Numbered from the stretch's first letter, positions 43,614-52,613 are shown. The stretch is DNA of 64,000 bases from an uncultured Thermoanaerobaculia bacterium (GCA_964552395.1 CAZKGM010000004.1:4749-68748); one strand, 5' to 3'. Numbers and translations are program-made. The notes: generated from the sequence alone by a model not told the origin.

Positions 43614-44219
43614 ATGAGCCTCGATCATGTCCTCCTTGGGTTGCTGCGCGAGCCGGCCAGCGGCTACGACCTCAAGAAGCTCGTCGACGAGAGGATCTGC
43701 CATTTCTGGGCGGCCGAGCTGAGCCAGATCTACCCGACCCTGAAGCGGCTCGAGAAGCGGGGCCTGGTGCGCAGCCGCTCGGCCGTGGCCAAGCGCGGCC
43801 GCGGCCGGCGCGTCTACGGCCTGACCCCCGCCGGGCGCGACGAGCTGCGGGCCTGGCTGGGCGGCCCGCCGCACTTCGCGGCGGAGCGAATGGCCTACCT
43901 CGCCCAGCTCTACTTCATGGGCGAGCTGGAGGACCTCCATCAGACGCAGCGCTTCTTCCGCGCGGTGCGCGAGCGCTTTGCTGCGAAGCTCGCGACGCTC
44001 GCGTCCATCGAGCGCATGTGGGCGGCCGCTGACCCCCGCTACCCGCAACGCCTACCCGATGAGGACCTCCACGTGCACCTGGCTCTGCGCAAGGGGATGC
44101 ACTCACTGCAAGCGCACCTCGAGTGGTGCGATGAGTCGTTGACCACACTTAATGAGCGGCTCGAACCGACGGGTCCTGGACAGGAAACGGCGGCCGCAGT
44201 CCATCAGGAGGGCCTGTGA
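43614..44219 (+). CDS. PadR-family transcriptional regulator
   Basis: Track ORF 43605..44219. MSLDHVLLGLLREPASGYDLKKLVDERICHFWAAELSQIYPTLKRLEKRGLVRS is the canonical PadR winged-helix N-terminus. It has a long C-terminal helical domain (PadR-like subfamily 1). Confidence 0.85.
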   Translation: MSLDHVLLGLLREPASGYDLKKLVDERICHFWAAELSQIYPTLKRLEKRGLVRSRSAVAKRGRGRRVYGLTPAGRDELRAWLGGPPHFAAERMAYLAQLYFMGELEDLHQTQRFFRAVRERFAAKLATLASIERMWAAADPRYPQRLPDEDLHVHLALRKGMHSLQAHLEWCDESLTTLNERLEPTGPGQETAAAVHQEGL

Positions 44220-44944
44220 CCGAGCACGAATCAGCGCCCGCCCCGAACGGCTGCCCCACACCGGTTGCCTCTTTCCGGCACACGGCGATCCTCATCGCCA
44301 TCTTCCTCGTCATTGCAGCCGCCGGTGTCTTTTTCCAGGAGGCCCCCGCCCCGGACGTGACAGCGGCGGCGCTGCACCCCAGGGTGGCGCCGCTCTACCT
44401 CTCGCTGCTGGTAGCCGAGTGGGCGTTGCTCCTCTATACCTGGCGGGTCGGTCTGCGCCCCCGCGGCGTGCAGCTCAGGGACCTGATCGGGGGACGCTGG
44501 AGCGGCTGGCGGGCGGTGGCGCGCGATGTCGCCCTTGCCGCCGGGGCCTGGCTCACATGGCTGGGCATCGAGCGTGTGACCATGCTCTGGCTGGGGGCCG
44601 GCCATACCCGCGCCATCGACCTCTACCTGCCACAGCGGCCGGCCGAGGTGGTCCTGTGGGTTGCCCTGTCGCTGAGCGCCGGCTTCTGCGAGGAGGTCGT
44701 CTTCCGCGGCTACCTGCAGCGCCAGCTCGCTGCAGCGACGCGCAGCCGGCCGGCCGGCCTCGTCCTCCAGGCGGTGATCTTCGGCCTGTCGCACGGCTAC
44801 CAGGGGCTCGCGGCGACGATCCGCATCACCCTCTTCGGGCTGCTCTACGGCGGGCTCGCCCAGTGGCGGAAGAGCCTGCGCCCGTGCATTGCGGCACACG
44901 CGTGGACTGACGTCTGGACGGGGTGGTTGTCGCTGCTGCGGTGA
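44216..44944 (+). CDS. CPBP-family intramembrane glutamic endopeptidase (CAAX protease-like)
   Basis: 242 aa. Motif 1 FCEEVVFRGYL, motif 2 FGLSHGY, motif 3 IAAHAWTD. Multiple TM helices. The start overlaps the padR stop (GTGA). Confidence 0.85.
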   Translation: MTEHESAPAPNGCPTPVASFRHTAILIAIFLVIAAAGVFFQEAPAPDVTAAALHPRVAPLYLSLLVAEWALLLYTWRVGLRPRGVQLRDLIGGRWSGWRAVARDVALAAGAWLTWLGIERVTMLWLGAGHTRAIDLYLPQRPAEVVLWVALSLSAGFCEEVVFRGYLQRQLAAATRSRPAGLVLQAVIFGLSHGYQGLAATIRITLFGLLYGGLAQWRKSLRPCIAAHAWTDVWTGWLSLLR

Positions 44945-45334
44945 GCGGTTTCGCCGGTCAGCGTCCCGACGTCCCGTGCGCGGCAGCGCGGCGGCAGCAG
45001 ACTGACGGAGCACGAAACCGAATGCTGCGGCCGCCAGCTCGACGCCGGCCGTCATGGTCTATCCTCCGGATCGGGCGCGTCGGCCCCGCGATGAGCTCCT
45101 CCAAGCCGCGGGTATACTTCAGAGAAGGGGCGTGTGTTGCCATGGGTCTCACACGGCAACGTGCAACGTGAGGCCGGATGTGTCATCGGGACGGGGGTGC
45201 TTGTCTGTATCACGGACCCCTGGCTTCATGGGTTCCTCAGGCCGGCCACGCACGTGGCGGTGTACAGTGGCGGCTCCGGGTGACTGTCGGCTGCTCGACC
45301 GAGCCGCCCCGTTGACGAGAATGGAGGTTACGAC

Positions 45335-45442
45335 ATGGCCAAAGGTCAAGTGAAGAAAGCGAAGACCAACAAGCCCAAGCTCTCGCCCAAGGAGAAGAAA
45401 GCGAACAAGGCCGCCAAGCAGGCCGCCAAGGCGGCCAAGTAG
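45335..45442 (+). CDS. 35-aa lysine-rich micro-protein (candidate)
   Basis: Too short for the ORF track. GGAGG (45324..45328) lies 6 nt before the ATG. MAKGQVKKAKTNKPKLSPKEKKANKAAKQAAKAAK*. It has 13 Lys and no Arg, despite the Arg-biased, GC-rich background. Confidence 0.45.
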   Translation: MAKGQVKKAKTNKPKLSPKEKKANKAAKQAAKAAK

Positions 45443-45649
45443 CCCGATCAACGGACCGCCGGCAACCCGACGCTCGCCCCCCAGAGGTGTCACGTGTCGG
45501 TTTGTCCCATCACCGGGGGAGAGGCCAGAGGTACCAAGACTGTCGGCGCTGGTACTGATCCAGATCACGCGACGCGCCGTGAGCCCGCGTCCCGGACCGG
45601 TTTGCTGGGCGCCTGGCGAGAGGGCGCTGCAGCCGCCTGTAGGGTCGAT

Positions 45650-48127
45650 GTGAGACCGGAGCGCTGGCAGCGCCTGAAGGAGCTGTTCGAGCAGGCCCAA
45701 GGTCTCGAAGGGGCCGAACGCGAGCGCTTCCTCGACGAGCAGTGCGGGGGCGATCCGGAGCTGCGGGCCGAGGCTGCGTCCCTGCTCGCGGCCGGGCAGA
45801 GCGCCGGCGGCTTCCTGGAGACCCCGGCGGCGGAGACGCTGATGCGCGATCTGGAGGTCTCCGGCCCCTCGCCGCTGGGGCGGCGCTTCGGCCCGTACCG
45901 GGTGATCTCGGAGATCGGGCGCGGCGGGATGGGGGCCGTGTACCGGGCGGTGCGCGACGACGACGCCTTCCGCAAGGAGGTCGCCCTCAAGCTCCTGCAC
46001 ACCGACCTCGGCTCGGAGTTCTTCGCGGAGCGGTTCCGGCGCGAGCGCCAGATCCTGGCGTCGCTGGAGCACCCCAACATCGCCCGCCTGCTCGACGGCG
46101 GCGCCGACGAGGCCGGCCGCCCCTACTGCGTGCTGGAGCTGGTCGAAGGGGTGCCGATCGATGTCTACTGCCGGGACCACGGCCTGGATCTCGCGGCGCG
46201 CCTCGAGCTGGTCCGCACCGCGTGCGGCGCGGTCGCCGCGGCCCACGGCCGGCTCATCGTGCACTGCGACCTCAAGCCCGCCAACGTGCTGGTCACCGCC
46301 GACGGCACGCTCAAGCTCCTCGACTTCGGGATTGCCAAGCTGCTGGCACCGGACGAGGGCGCCGCGGGCGCCTCGGTGACGGCCGCCGCCTGGTGGATGA
46401 CGCCCCAGTACGCGAGCCCGGAGCAGGTGTGCGGCGGGCAGGTGACGACGGCGACCGACGTCTACGCCCTCGGCGTGATGCTGTACGAGCTGATCACCGG
46501 GCGTCGCCCGTACGACCTCGGCTCGCGCAGCCCCGACGAGATCGTGAGAGCGATCTGCGTGCGGGAGGTGACGCGCCCGAGCCAGGTGGTGATGCGGCCG
46601 CCATCGACCCCGGCGGACGGCGACCCGGCGGCGCCGACGAGTCCGGCCGGGCAGTCGCATGGGGGAACGGCGACACGGGTCGACCCACCCGACACCAACC
46701 TCCGTCGCCTGCGGCGCCGCCTCGAGGGCGACCTCGACACGATCGTGATGCGCGCATTGGCGAAGGAGCCCGAGCGGCGCTACGCCTCGGTCGTCCACCT
46801 GGCGGAGGATCTGCGCCGCTACCTCACCGGCTTTCCGATCCAGGCGCGGCCCGACCGGCTCGCCTACCGGGCGCGCAAGTTCCTGGGGCGGCACCGGACG
46901 GCCGCGGCGGCTATGCTGATCGCCCTTGCCAGCCTGTGCGGAGGCCTGGTCGCGACCGTGCACCAGGCGCGCGTGGCCCACGCGCAGCGGCTGGTCGCCG
47001 AGCGCCGCTTCGACGAGGTGCGCCAGCTCGCTAGGACGTTCATCTTCGAGATTCACGACGACGTCGCGGCGCTGCCCGGCTCGACCCCGGTCCGCAAGCG
47101 GATCGTGGAGCTGGGCCTCGAGTACCTCGAGCGGCTCGAGAAGGAAGCGGGCAACGACACCGGCCTGCAGGCCGAGGTCGCCGCGGCCTACGAACGGATC
47201 GCGGCGGTGCAGGGCGGGGTCGGGATGCCGAACCTCGGCGACACGGCGGGAGCGGTTCGCAGTCAGCGGCGGGCGCTGGCGCTGCGCGAGGCCGTGGCCC
47301 GCGCCGCGCGCGAAGATCTCGGCGCCCAGCTCGCGTTGGCCACGGCGCACAGCACGCTCGGCGACCTGCTGGGGGCGGCCGGAGACTCCCGAGGCCGCCG
47401 GGCCGAGTATGACGCGGCGCGAGCCATCCGCGAGACTGCGGCCGAGCGGGCCCCGGGCGACCCGGCGGTACGCCGCGCCCTGGCCTCGAGCATCTGGGAC
47501 TCGGCACAGCTGCGGGTCGACGACGGCGATCTGCAGGCCGGCCTCGCGGGTTTCGAGAAGGCCCTCGGGCACTACCGGGTCCTCGGCGAGGCGCCGGAGG
47601 CGAGCGACAGGGACCGCCGCAACCTCGGCCTCGCGTACAAGAAGGTGGGGGCGGTGCGGTCGGTCGTCGGCGACCGGTGGGGCGCGCTCGACAGCCTGGG
47701 GGCGGCGCTCGCGATCGACGAGGCGCGGCTAGCGGCCAGGCCGAACAACCCCGAGACCATGCTCGACGTGTCATTCGACCACGGCGATCTGGGCTACGTG
47801 CTGCTGCAGTTGGGCCGCGCGCGCGAGGCCGTGGTGCAGTACGAGCAGGCGCTCGAGCTGCGCCGCAAAGTGGCGGCCGCCGACCCCCGCGACGTGCGCG
47901 CGGAGAACGTCCTGCGCAGCGGGTGCTTGCGGCTGGCGGGAGCGCTGGCGGCGGTGACGGCCGAGGAGGGTGTGCCCTGCTCGGAGGTCCGGCGCCTGGC
48001 GGCACGCGCGCTGACCCTGTGGGGCGATGCCGAGGCCGGCGGCGCCCTCGACGCCGATTCCGTGGCTCAACGCAGGAGGGTCAAAGCGGCCGCGTTGCGT
48101 TGCTCGGCCGGTTCCGGACCTCGTTAG
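45650..48127 (+). CDS. serine/threonine protein kinase with C-terminal TPR-like repeats
   Basis: Track ORF 45494..48127. The proposed GTG 45650 gives (M)RPERWQRLKELFEQAQGLEGAERERFLDEQCGGDPELRAEAASLL, an N-terminal module typical of this kinase class. Kinase motifs GRGGMGAVYRA, ALK, VHCDLKPANVLV, DFGIAK, YASPEQ. A TM segment (AAAAMLIALASLCGGLVA) is followed by TPR-like helices. Confidence 0.85.
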   Translation: MRPERWQRLKELFEQAQGLEGAERERFLDEQCGGDPELRAEAASLLAAGQSAGGFLETPAAETLMRDLEVSGPSPLGRRFGPYRVISEIGRGGMGAVYRAVRDDDAFRKEVALKLLHTDLGSEFFAERFRRERQILASLEHPNIARLLDGGADEAGRPYCVLELVEGVPIDVYCRDHGLDLAARLELVRTACGAVAAAHGRLIVHCDLKPANVLVTADGTLKLLDFGIAKLLAPDEGAAGASVTAAAWWMTPQYASPEQVCGGQVTTATDVYALGVMLYELITGRRPYDLGSRSPDEIVRAICVREVTRPSQVVMRPPSTPADGDPAAPTSPAGQSHGGTATRVDPPDTNLRRLRRRLEGDLDTIVMRALAKEPERRYASVVHLAEDLRRYLTGFPIQARPDRLAYRARKFLGRHRTAAAAMLIALASLCGGLVATVHQARVAHAQRLVAERRFDEVRQLARTFIFEIHDDVAALPGSTPVRKRIVELGLEYLERLEKEAGNDTGLQAEVAAAYERIAAVQGGVGMPNLGDTAGAVRSQRRALALREAVARAAREDLGAQLALATAHSTLGDLLGAAGDSRGRRAEYDAARAIRETAAERAPGDPAVRRALASSIWDSAQLRVDDGDLQAGLAGFEKALGHYRVLGEAPEASDRDRRNLGLAYKKVGAVRSVVGDRWGALDSLGAALAIDEARLAARPNNPETMLDVSFDHGDLGYVLLQLGRAREAVVQYEQALELRRKVAAADPRDVRAENVLRSGCLRLAGALAAVTAEEGVPCSEVRRLAARALTLWGDAEAGGALDADSVAQRRRVKAAALRCSAGSGPR

Positions 48128-48135
48128 CCCGCTTG

Positions 48136-48771
48136 ATGGGGGACCCGTTTCTTGCGTACCCTGAAGGTGGGGAGCACACCGAGTTGCCGGAGAACGTCAC
48201 GGAGCTGCTGAAGGCGTGGGGCGATGGGGACCGCGAGGCCCTAGACCGCCTGGTGCCGCTGGTCTACACGGAGCTCAGGCGCCGGGCGGCGGCGCAGCTG
48301 GCGCGGGAGCGCGGATCGCACACCCTGCAGCCGACCGCCCTGGTGCACGAGGCGTTCCTGAGGCTGGTCGACCAGCACAGCGCGCGCTGGGAGAACCGGG
48401 CTCAGTTCTTCGGCGTTGCCGCCCAGCTCATGCGCCGCATACTCGTCGATCACGCCCGCGCCCGGGCGGCCGCGAAGCGGGGCGGCGGCGCCCTCAGTAT
48501 CTCGCTTGACGAGGCCGGTGAGGGGCCGGCGAGCCCCGAGGCCGACGTTCTCCATCTCCACCGGGCACTGGAGCGCCTCGCCGTGCAGGACGAAAGACAG
48601 GCACGGGTGGTCGAGCTGCGCTACTTCGGCGGCCTCTCGACCGAGGAGGTGTCGACGGTTCTCGCGGTGTCGGAGATCACGGTCAAGAGGGACTGGGCGA
48701 TGGCCAAGGCGTGGCTGTTCCGCGAGCTTTCGGGCGGCCCGCCCGGGGGAGCTGCCCCGCCTTCACGTTGA
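48136..48771 (+). CDS. ECF-type RNA polymerase sigma factor (TIGR02999-like, kinase-associated group)
   Basis: Inner ATG of track ORF 47677..48771, 8 nt after the kinase stop. VTELLKAWGDGDREALDRLVPLVYTELRRRAAAQLARERGSHTLQPTALVHEAFLRLV (region 2) and VVELRYFGGLSTEEVSTVLAVSEITVKRDWAMAKAWL (region 4). Confidence 0.85.
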   Translation: MGDPFLAYPEGGEHTELPENVTELLKAWGDGDREALDRLVPLVYTELRRRAAAQLARERGSHTLQPTALVHEAFLRLVDQHSARWENRAQFFGVAAQLMRRILVDHARARAAAKRGGGALSISLDEAGEGPASPEADVLHLHRALERLAVQDERQARVVELRYFGGLSTEEVSTVLAVSEITVKRDWAMAKAWLFRELSGGPPGGAAPPSR

Positions 48772-48782
48772 TTGTCGGCAAG

Positions 48783-48812
48783 GCAAAGAAAGGGCGGGGA
48801 TGAACCCCGCCC
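48783..48812 (-). terminator. rho-independent terminator (best on minus strand; sits between the convergent sigma and repeat-protein genes)
   Basis: GGGCGGGG-atgaa-CCCCGCCC (8-bp stem). On the minus strand it is followed by TTTCTTTGCC, on the plus strand only by CTTCC. Confidence 0.7.
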
Positions 48813-48857
48813 CTTCCAACCAACTACCCTTCCTCACTTCCTTACTTTCTCACTTCC

Positions 48858-51653
48858 TCACTGTACCCGTTGCGGCGGGATCGTGATCGGGTCTCCGAAC
48901 CGGTTGACCCGGAAGGCCCTGACGTAGAGCGGCCCGGTCGACGTGATCTCGAGCCGCTTGACGTTGCCGTTCTGGCTCGACTTGATGGCCGTGATGATGC
49001 TGTTGGTCTGGATCAGCTCGCCGCCCCGGACCACAAGCTGGGTCTGTCCCTCGAGCTGCCCCGTGGCGCCGTCGTGAAGCTCCACGGTGAGGGTCACGGA
49101 TGAGGTTCCGGGGTTGAAGGCGGCGATGTTGCTCCGCTCCCGGCCGTTCTGGTCCTGGAGCTCGCGCAGGCCGAGCAGGTGGTAGCGGACGCCGGCCTGG
49201 AGGAGCTCGCCGGGGAGCATGCCCGGGATCAGCTGACCCGCGGTTCCGATGACCGTGCCGTGGGTGTCGCGGAAGACGGCGTACTCGCGGCCGCTGGCGC
49301 TGATCAGGGTGCCGTTGAGGGTCGTCAGGCGTACGGTGCCGACGCCCTGGAGGCCGAACAGGTCGCCGACGATGTCCTCGTACCCGACCGTCGAGCCGCC
49401 CGGGATGGTGAACGTCGTGGTGGCGTCAACACCCGGCTTCGAGCGCGCGTAGAAGTCGGCGCGGACCTGGGCCGTCCCGGTGCTGAAGTTGGTGATGCTG
49501 GCGGAGCCCGTGAACTCGTTGAGCCCCTGCACCGGGCCCAGCTCGAGCAGGGTCACCTCGTGCGCGCCGGCGGTGACCGGCAGGATCGTGGTCGGGTCGC
49601 TGGTCCCGGCGTAGACGATGTTGCCGTCGAGGATGCTGGCGTACGCGAGCGCCTTGCCGGCGGTCACCTGCACCGCAATCAGGATGTTGTCGCGCGGGGA
49701 GACTTTGAAGGTGGTGAAGATGTTGTTCAGCTGCTGGTTGGCGCCGTTGTTGAGGTCGTATGACTTGCCCGTCGCCAGCGGCGAGCCGATCCGGTCCATC
49801 GGGGTGACTGTGACGTGGGTTCCGTCAGCGAGCCCCATCAGGCCGACGTTGACGCGGTAGACCTGGGCGTTGACGGTGCTCGCCAGATAGCCAATCTGGC
49901 CGGCCGTCAGCGCGTCCGTCGACCGCAGCGCCGGGAAGAACTGCCCGAACTCGCTGCCGTCGGACTTGCGTGCGAACACCACGCTCTGGGCCAGCAGCTC
50001 GCCACTGGCAACAGGCGCCCCGCTCGTGTCCCTCAGCTCGAGGAGGAGGCTGCCGACGGCGGCGTTGCCGCCGCTGAAGCCGAACCAGGCCGCCAGCGGG
50101 TCGTCGACCTCGAGCTGGCCGCCGGCCGGCAGCGGCACCATCGCGGTGCGCGGGTTGCCGCCGATGTCGGTGCGCGGGGTGTAAGTGACGGCCACCTGGC
50201 GGGCGGCGGTGCCGGCGGAGTAGAGGTTGATGCGGGAGGTGAAGAAGGCGCCGCTGCCCTGAACCCGCGCGGCCGCGGGAATGGCGGTCGGGTCGCTGAC
50301 CGGGGTGAAGACGTTGAACAGGCGCCCCTGGATGCTGTAGCCGTTGGTGTCACTGCCGGAGGAGCCGTTGCTCTCCCACACCACCAGCATGCGGCCGTTG
50401 GGGGCCAGGGCCGCCGCCGGGTAGCTCTGCTCGCCCGAGGTGTAGGTGTTGGCCTGGACGTCGCTCGCGTCGATGACGGCGCCGGATCCCTTGAATGCCC
50501 TGAGCTGGATGCTGTAGTCGGAGTTGTCGTTGCCGGCCGAGCCGTAGCTCTGCCAGGCGAGTGCACAGGTGCCGTTCGGGGCGATGGTCACCGAGACGTA
50601 GCGTTGATCGTCGTTGGTGTAGGTGTTGATCTGGACGTCGTTGCCGTCGGTGAAGGCGCCGGTCGGATCGAGCCTCCTGGCCTGGATCGAGATGCGGGAG
50701 GTGTCGTTGCCGAAGGTGGCGCCGAAGCTCTCCCAGCCGACGATGGCACTGCCGTCGGAGGCCATCGCGACCGAGGGGGTGGTCTGCGACCCGCTCGGGT
50801 AGGTGTTGGCCGTCTCCTGCGGGCCGTTCGCGGTCACGCCCTCCGTGACATGGTCGTCCGCCGTGAAGTAGCGGATGGCGATGTCGTTGCTGGTCGCGGG
50901 GTCCCTCCAGGCGGTGAGGTAGGTCAGCTTGCCGTCGGTGGCGATGGCCGGCTCATCCTGGTCGCCAGAGGTGACGTTGTTGACCAGGAACTGGCTGAAG
51001 AAGCTGCCGTTTGCGGCGCTGAAGTGGCGACCCTGGATGCTGACGCCGGGGTCACCACCGGCGCCTCCTGGGCTGCGCCAGACGACGAGAAAGTCGCCGT
51101 TGTCCGCCATTGCCACCGCGGGCGCGACCTGGTCGCCGGACGTGTACGCGCTGTTGACGAGCAGCTCCGGCCCGACCTTGGCGCCTGCGGCGTTGAAGCG
51201 CTGGGCCATGATGTCGAAGCCGGTCGTGGCGGAGTGGTTGCTCTCCCAGACGACGACGAAGTCGCCGGTCGAGGTCATCGCCACCGCGGGCGCCTCCTGC
51301 CGGTTGGCGGTGGAGGTGTTGACCTGGAACTCGGTCCCGACCGGGGTGCCGTCCGCGGTGATAAAGCGGGCCTGGACCGACAGCCCGTCGGAGTCGTTTC
51401 CAGCGGAGGCGGAGCTCTGCCAGACGACGACGAAGTTGCCGGCCGCGTCGTGCGCCACCGCCGGCTTCTCCTGAGAGCTGTAGGTCAGGGTGTTGACCTG
51501 GAACTGGCCGGTCCTCGGGGTGGTGGCGAGGGCGGCCGCCGAGGTCCCGAGCAACAGAACGGCAGAGGCGAGGGTGGAGCCCACGACTCGCACCGAGCGG
51601 CGCGCACGGGGCGATGTTGAGATTGGCGACGACCAACTGTCTTGACGGGACAT
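48858..51653 (-). CDS. large secreted repeat protein: 7 x 'F-x-V-N-T-x-T-x-x-x-Q-x-x-P-x-V-A...G-x-F-V-V-V-W-x-S' units (putative beta-propeller) plus three C-terminal beta-rich domains
   Basis: Track ORF 48858..51713. AGGAGG RBS then ATG 51653 (MSRQDSWSS..SAVLLLGTSAAALA signal). The repeats are QFQVNTLTYSSQEKPAVAHDAAGNFVVVWQS, EFQVNTSTANRQEAPAVAMTSTGDFVVVWES, ELLVNSAYTSGDQVAPAVAMADNGDFLVVWRS, QFLVNNVTSGDQDEPAIA.., ETANTYPSGSQTTPSVAMASDGSAIVGWES, DVQINTYTNDDQRYVSVTIAPNGTCALAWQS, DVQANTYTSGEQSYPAAALAPNGRMLVVWES. Confidence 0.8.
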   Translation of the reverse strand: MSRQDSWSSPISTSPRARRSVRVVGSTLASAVLLLGTSAAALATTPRTGQFQVNTLTYSSQEKPAVAHDAAGNFVVVWQSSASAGNDSDGLSVQARFITADGTPVGTEFQVNTSTANRQEAPAVAMTSTGDFVVVWESNHSATTGFDIMAQRFNAAGAKVGPELLVNSAYTSGDQVAPAVAMADNGDFLVVWRSPGGAGGDPGVSIQGRHFSAANGSFFSQFLVNNVTSGDQDEPAIATDGKLTYLTAWRDPATSNDIAIRYFTADDHVTEGVTANGPQETANTYPSGSQTTPSVAMASDGSAIVGWESFGATFGNDTSRISIQARRLDPTGAFTDGNDVQINTYTNDDQRYVSVTIAPNGTCALAWQSYGSAGNDNSDYSIQLRAFKGSGAVIDASDVQANTYTSGEQSYPAAALAPNGRMLVVWESNGSSGSDTNGYSIQGRLFNVFTPVSDPTAIPAAARVQGSGAFFTSRINLYSAGTAARQVAVTYTPRTDIGGNPRTAMVPLPAGGQLEVDDPLAAWFGFSGGNAAVGSLLLELRDTSGAPVASGELLAQSVVFARKSDGSEFGQFFPALRSTDALTAGQIGYLASTVNAQVYRVNVGLMGLADGTHVTVTPMDRIGSPLATGKSYDLNNGANQQLNNIFTTFKVSPRDNILIAVQVTAGKALAYASILDGNIVYAGTSDPTTILPVTAGAHEVTLLELGPVQGLNEFTGSASITNFSTGTAQVRADFYARSKPGVDATTTFTIPGGSTVGYEDIVGDLFGLQGVGTVRLTTLNGTLISASGREYAVFRDTHGTVIGTAGQLIPGMLPGELLQAGVRYHLLGLRELQDQNGRERSNIAAFNPGTSSVTLTVELHDGATGQLEGQTQLVVRGGELIQTNSIITAIKSSQNGNVKRLEITSTGPLYVRAFRVNRFGDPITIPPQRVQ

Positions 51654-51988
51654 TGCGTTCCTCCTGTACGGTTGCCGATCCGTGGTTGCGCCCGCGGCGC
51701 TGCCGTAGTGCACGCCCCGTCGGCCGCGAGACCCGCTCGTTCGCCGTGGCAGCCCGAGTGAGTCCTACCAAGGAACGCGGGATTTCGAGCGACTGGGTAT
51801 CATCAGCGGTGTCAGCACCCCGGATTGCCGGCGCCCCGGGGCACGCCGCCCTACCAGTCTGCGGCTGAGGCCGCGGTTCGGCAGTTACGGCGCTGCCCAG
51901 CGTCGATTGGAGCATGGGGGTTCTTGACTGGGGATCGGACCTGGGGTAGGTTCTGATAGAAGGTCTCAGAAAGCCCGGGAGGTGCGTT

Positions 51989-52603
51989 ATGCGTGGAATC
52001 GGACGCGTGATGGTGATGCTTGTGGCCCTACTGGGGAGCTCCGCGGTGCTGGCGCAGGAGACGGACGGCAAGGCGGCGCCGCCGAAGATGAGCGCCGAGC
52101 AGCAGGCGATGATGGATGCGTGGGTGAAGGCGGGGGCCCCCGGGGCGCCGCACCAGTGGTTGGCGAAGATGGAGGGGACCTGGGTGCTGGAGGTGAAGTC
52201 GTGGATGGACCCGGCGGCGCCGCCCATGGTGTCGACGGGGGACGCGACGATGCGGATGACGATGGACGGCCGCTACCTGGAGGAGAAGGTCGAGGGCTCC
52301 ATGATGGGCGCTCCCTTCCACGGCCTCGGCTACACCGGGTACGACAACATCATCAGGCGCTACGTGTCGGTGTGGATGGACAGCATGAGCACCGGGATCA
52401 TGCGCTCAGAGGGCACCTACGACGAGGCCACCCACACGATGACAATGACTGGCACGTACGTGGACCCGGTGAGCGGGAAGACTAAGACGATGAAGGGCGT
52501 GACCCGCTACGAGGGTGATAACCGCGCTGTCTTCAGCTACTACGACACCGCCCCAGACGGCAGCGAGTACAAGAGCATGGAGATCACCTACACCCGGAAG
52601 TGA
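51989..52603 (+). CDS. DUF1579-domain secreted protein
   Basis: 204 aa. GGGAGG RBS, signal MRGIGRVMVMLVALLGSSAVLAQE. The pattern H.WL..M.GTW......WM.P.....S.G..T.....GGR(Y)L......G.MMG.PF.G.G..GYDN....Y...W.DSM.TG is as I remember for DUF1579. Confidence 0.7.
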   Translation: MRGIGRVMVMLVALLGSSAVLAQETDGKAAPPKMSAEQQAMMDAWVKAGAPGAPHQWLAKMEGTWVLEVKSWMDPAAPPMVSTGDATMRMTMDGRYLEEKVEGSMMGAPFHGLGYTGYDNIIRRYVSVWMDSMSTGIMRSEGTYDEATHTMTMTGTYVDPVSGKTKTMKGVTRYEGDNRAVFSYYDTAPDGSEYKSMEITYTRK

Positions 52604-52613
52604 CCCGATCGGT

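Noticed and set aside
45149-47572. Very long antisense or overlapping ORFs. Examples: 45149..47572 (-, 807 aa), 41175..42290 (-), 49815..51620 (+), 9944..11935 (+), 7331..8983 (+), 27028..28107 (-), 30042..31448 (-), 62553..63623 (-).
   Set aside because: Each lies opposite or out of frame to a gene with clear family motifs. Their products are low-complexity Arg/Pro/Gly/Ala-rich strings, typical of stop-codon-poor frames in GC-rich DNA.
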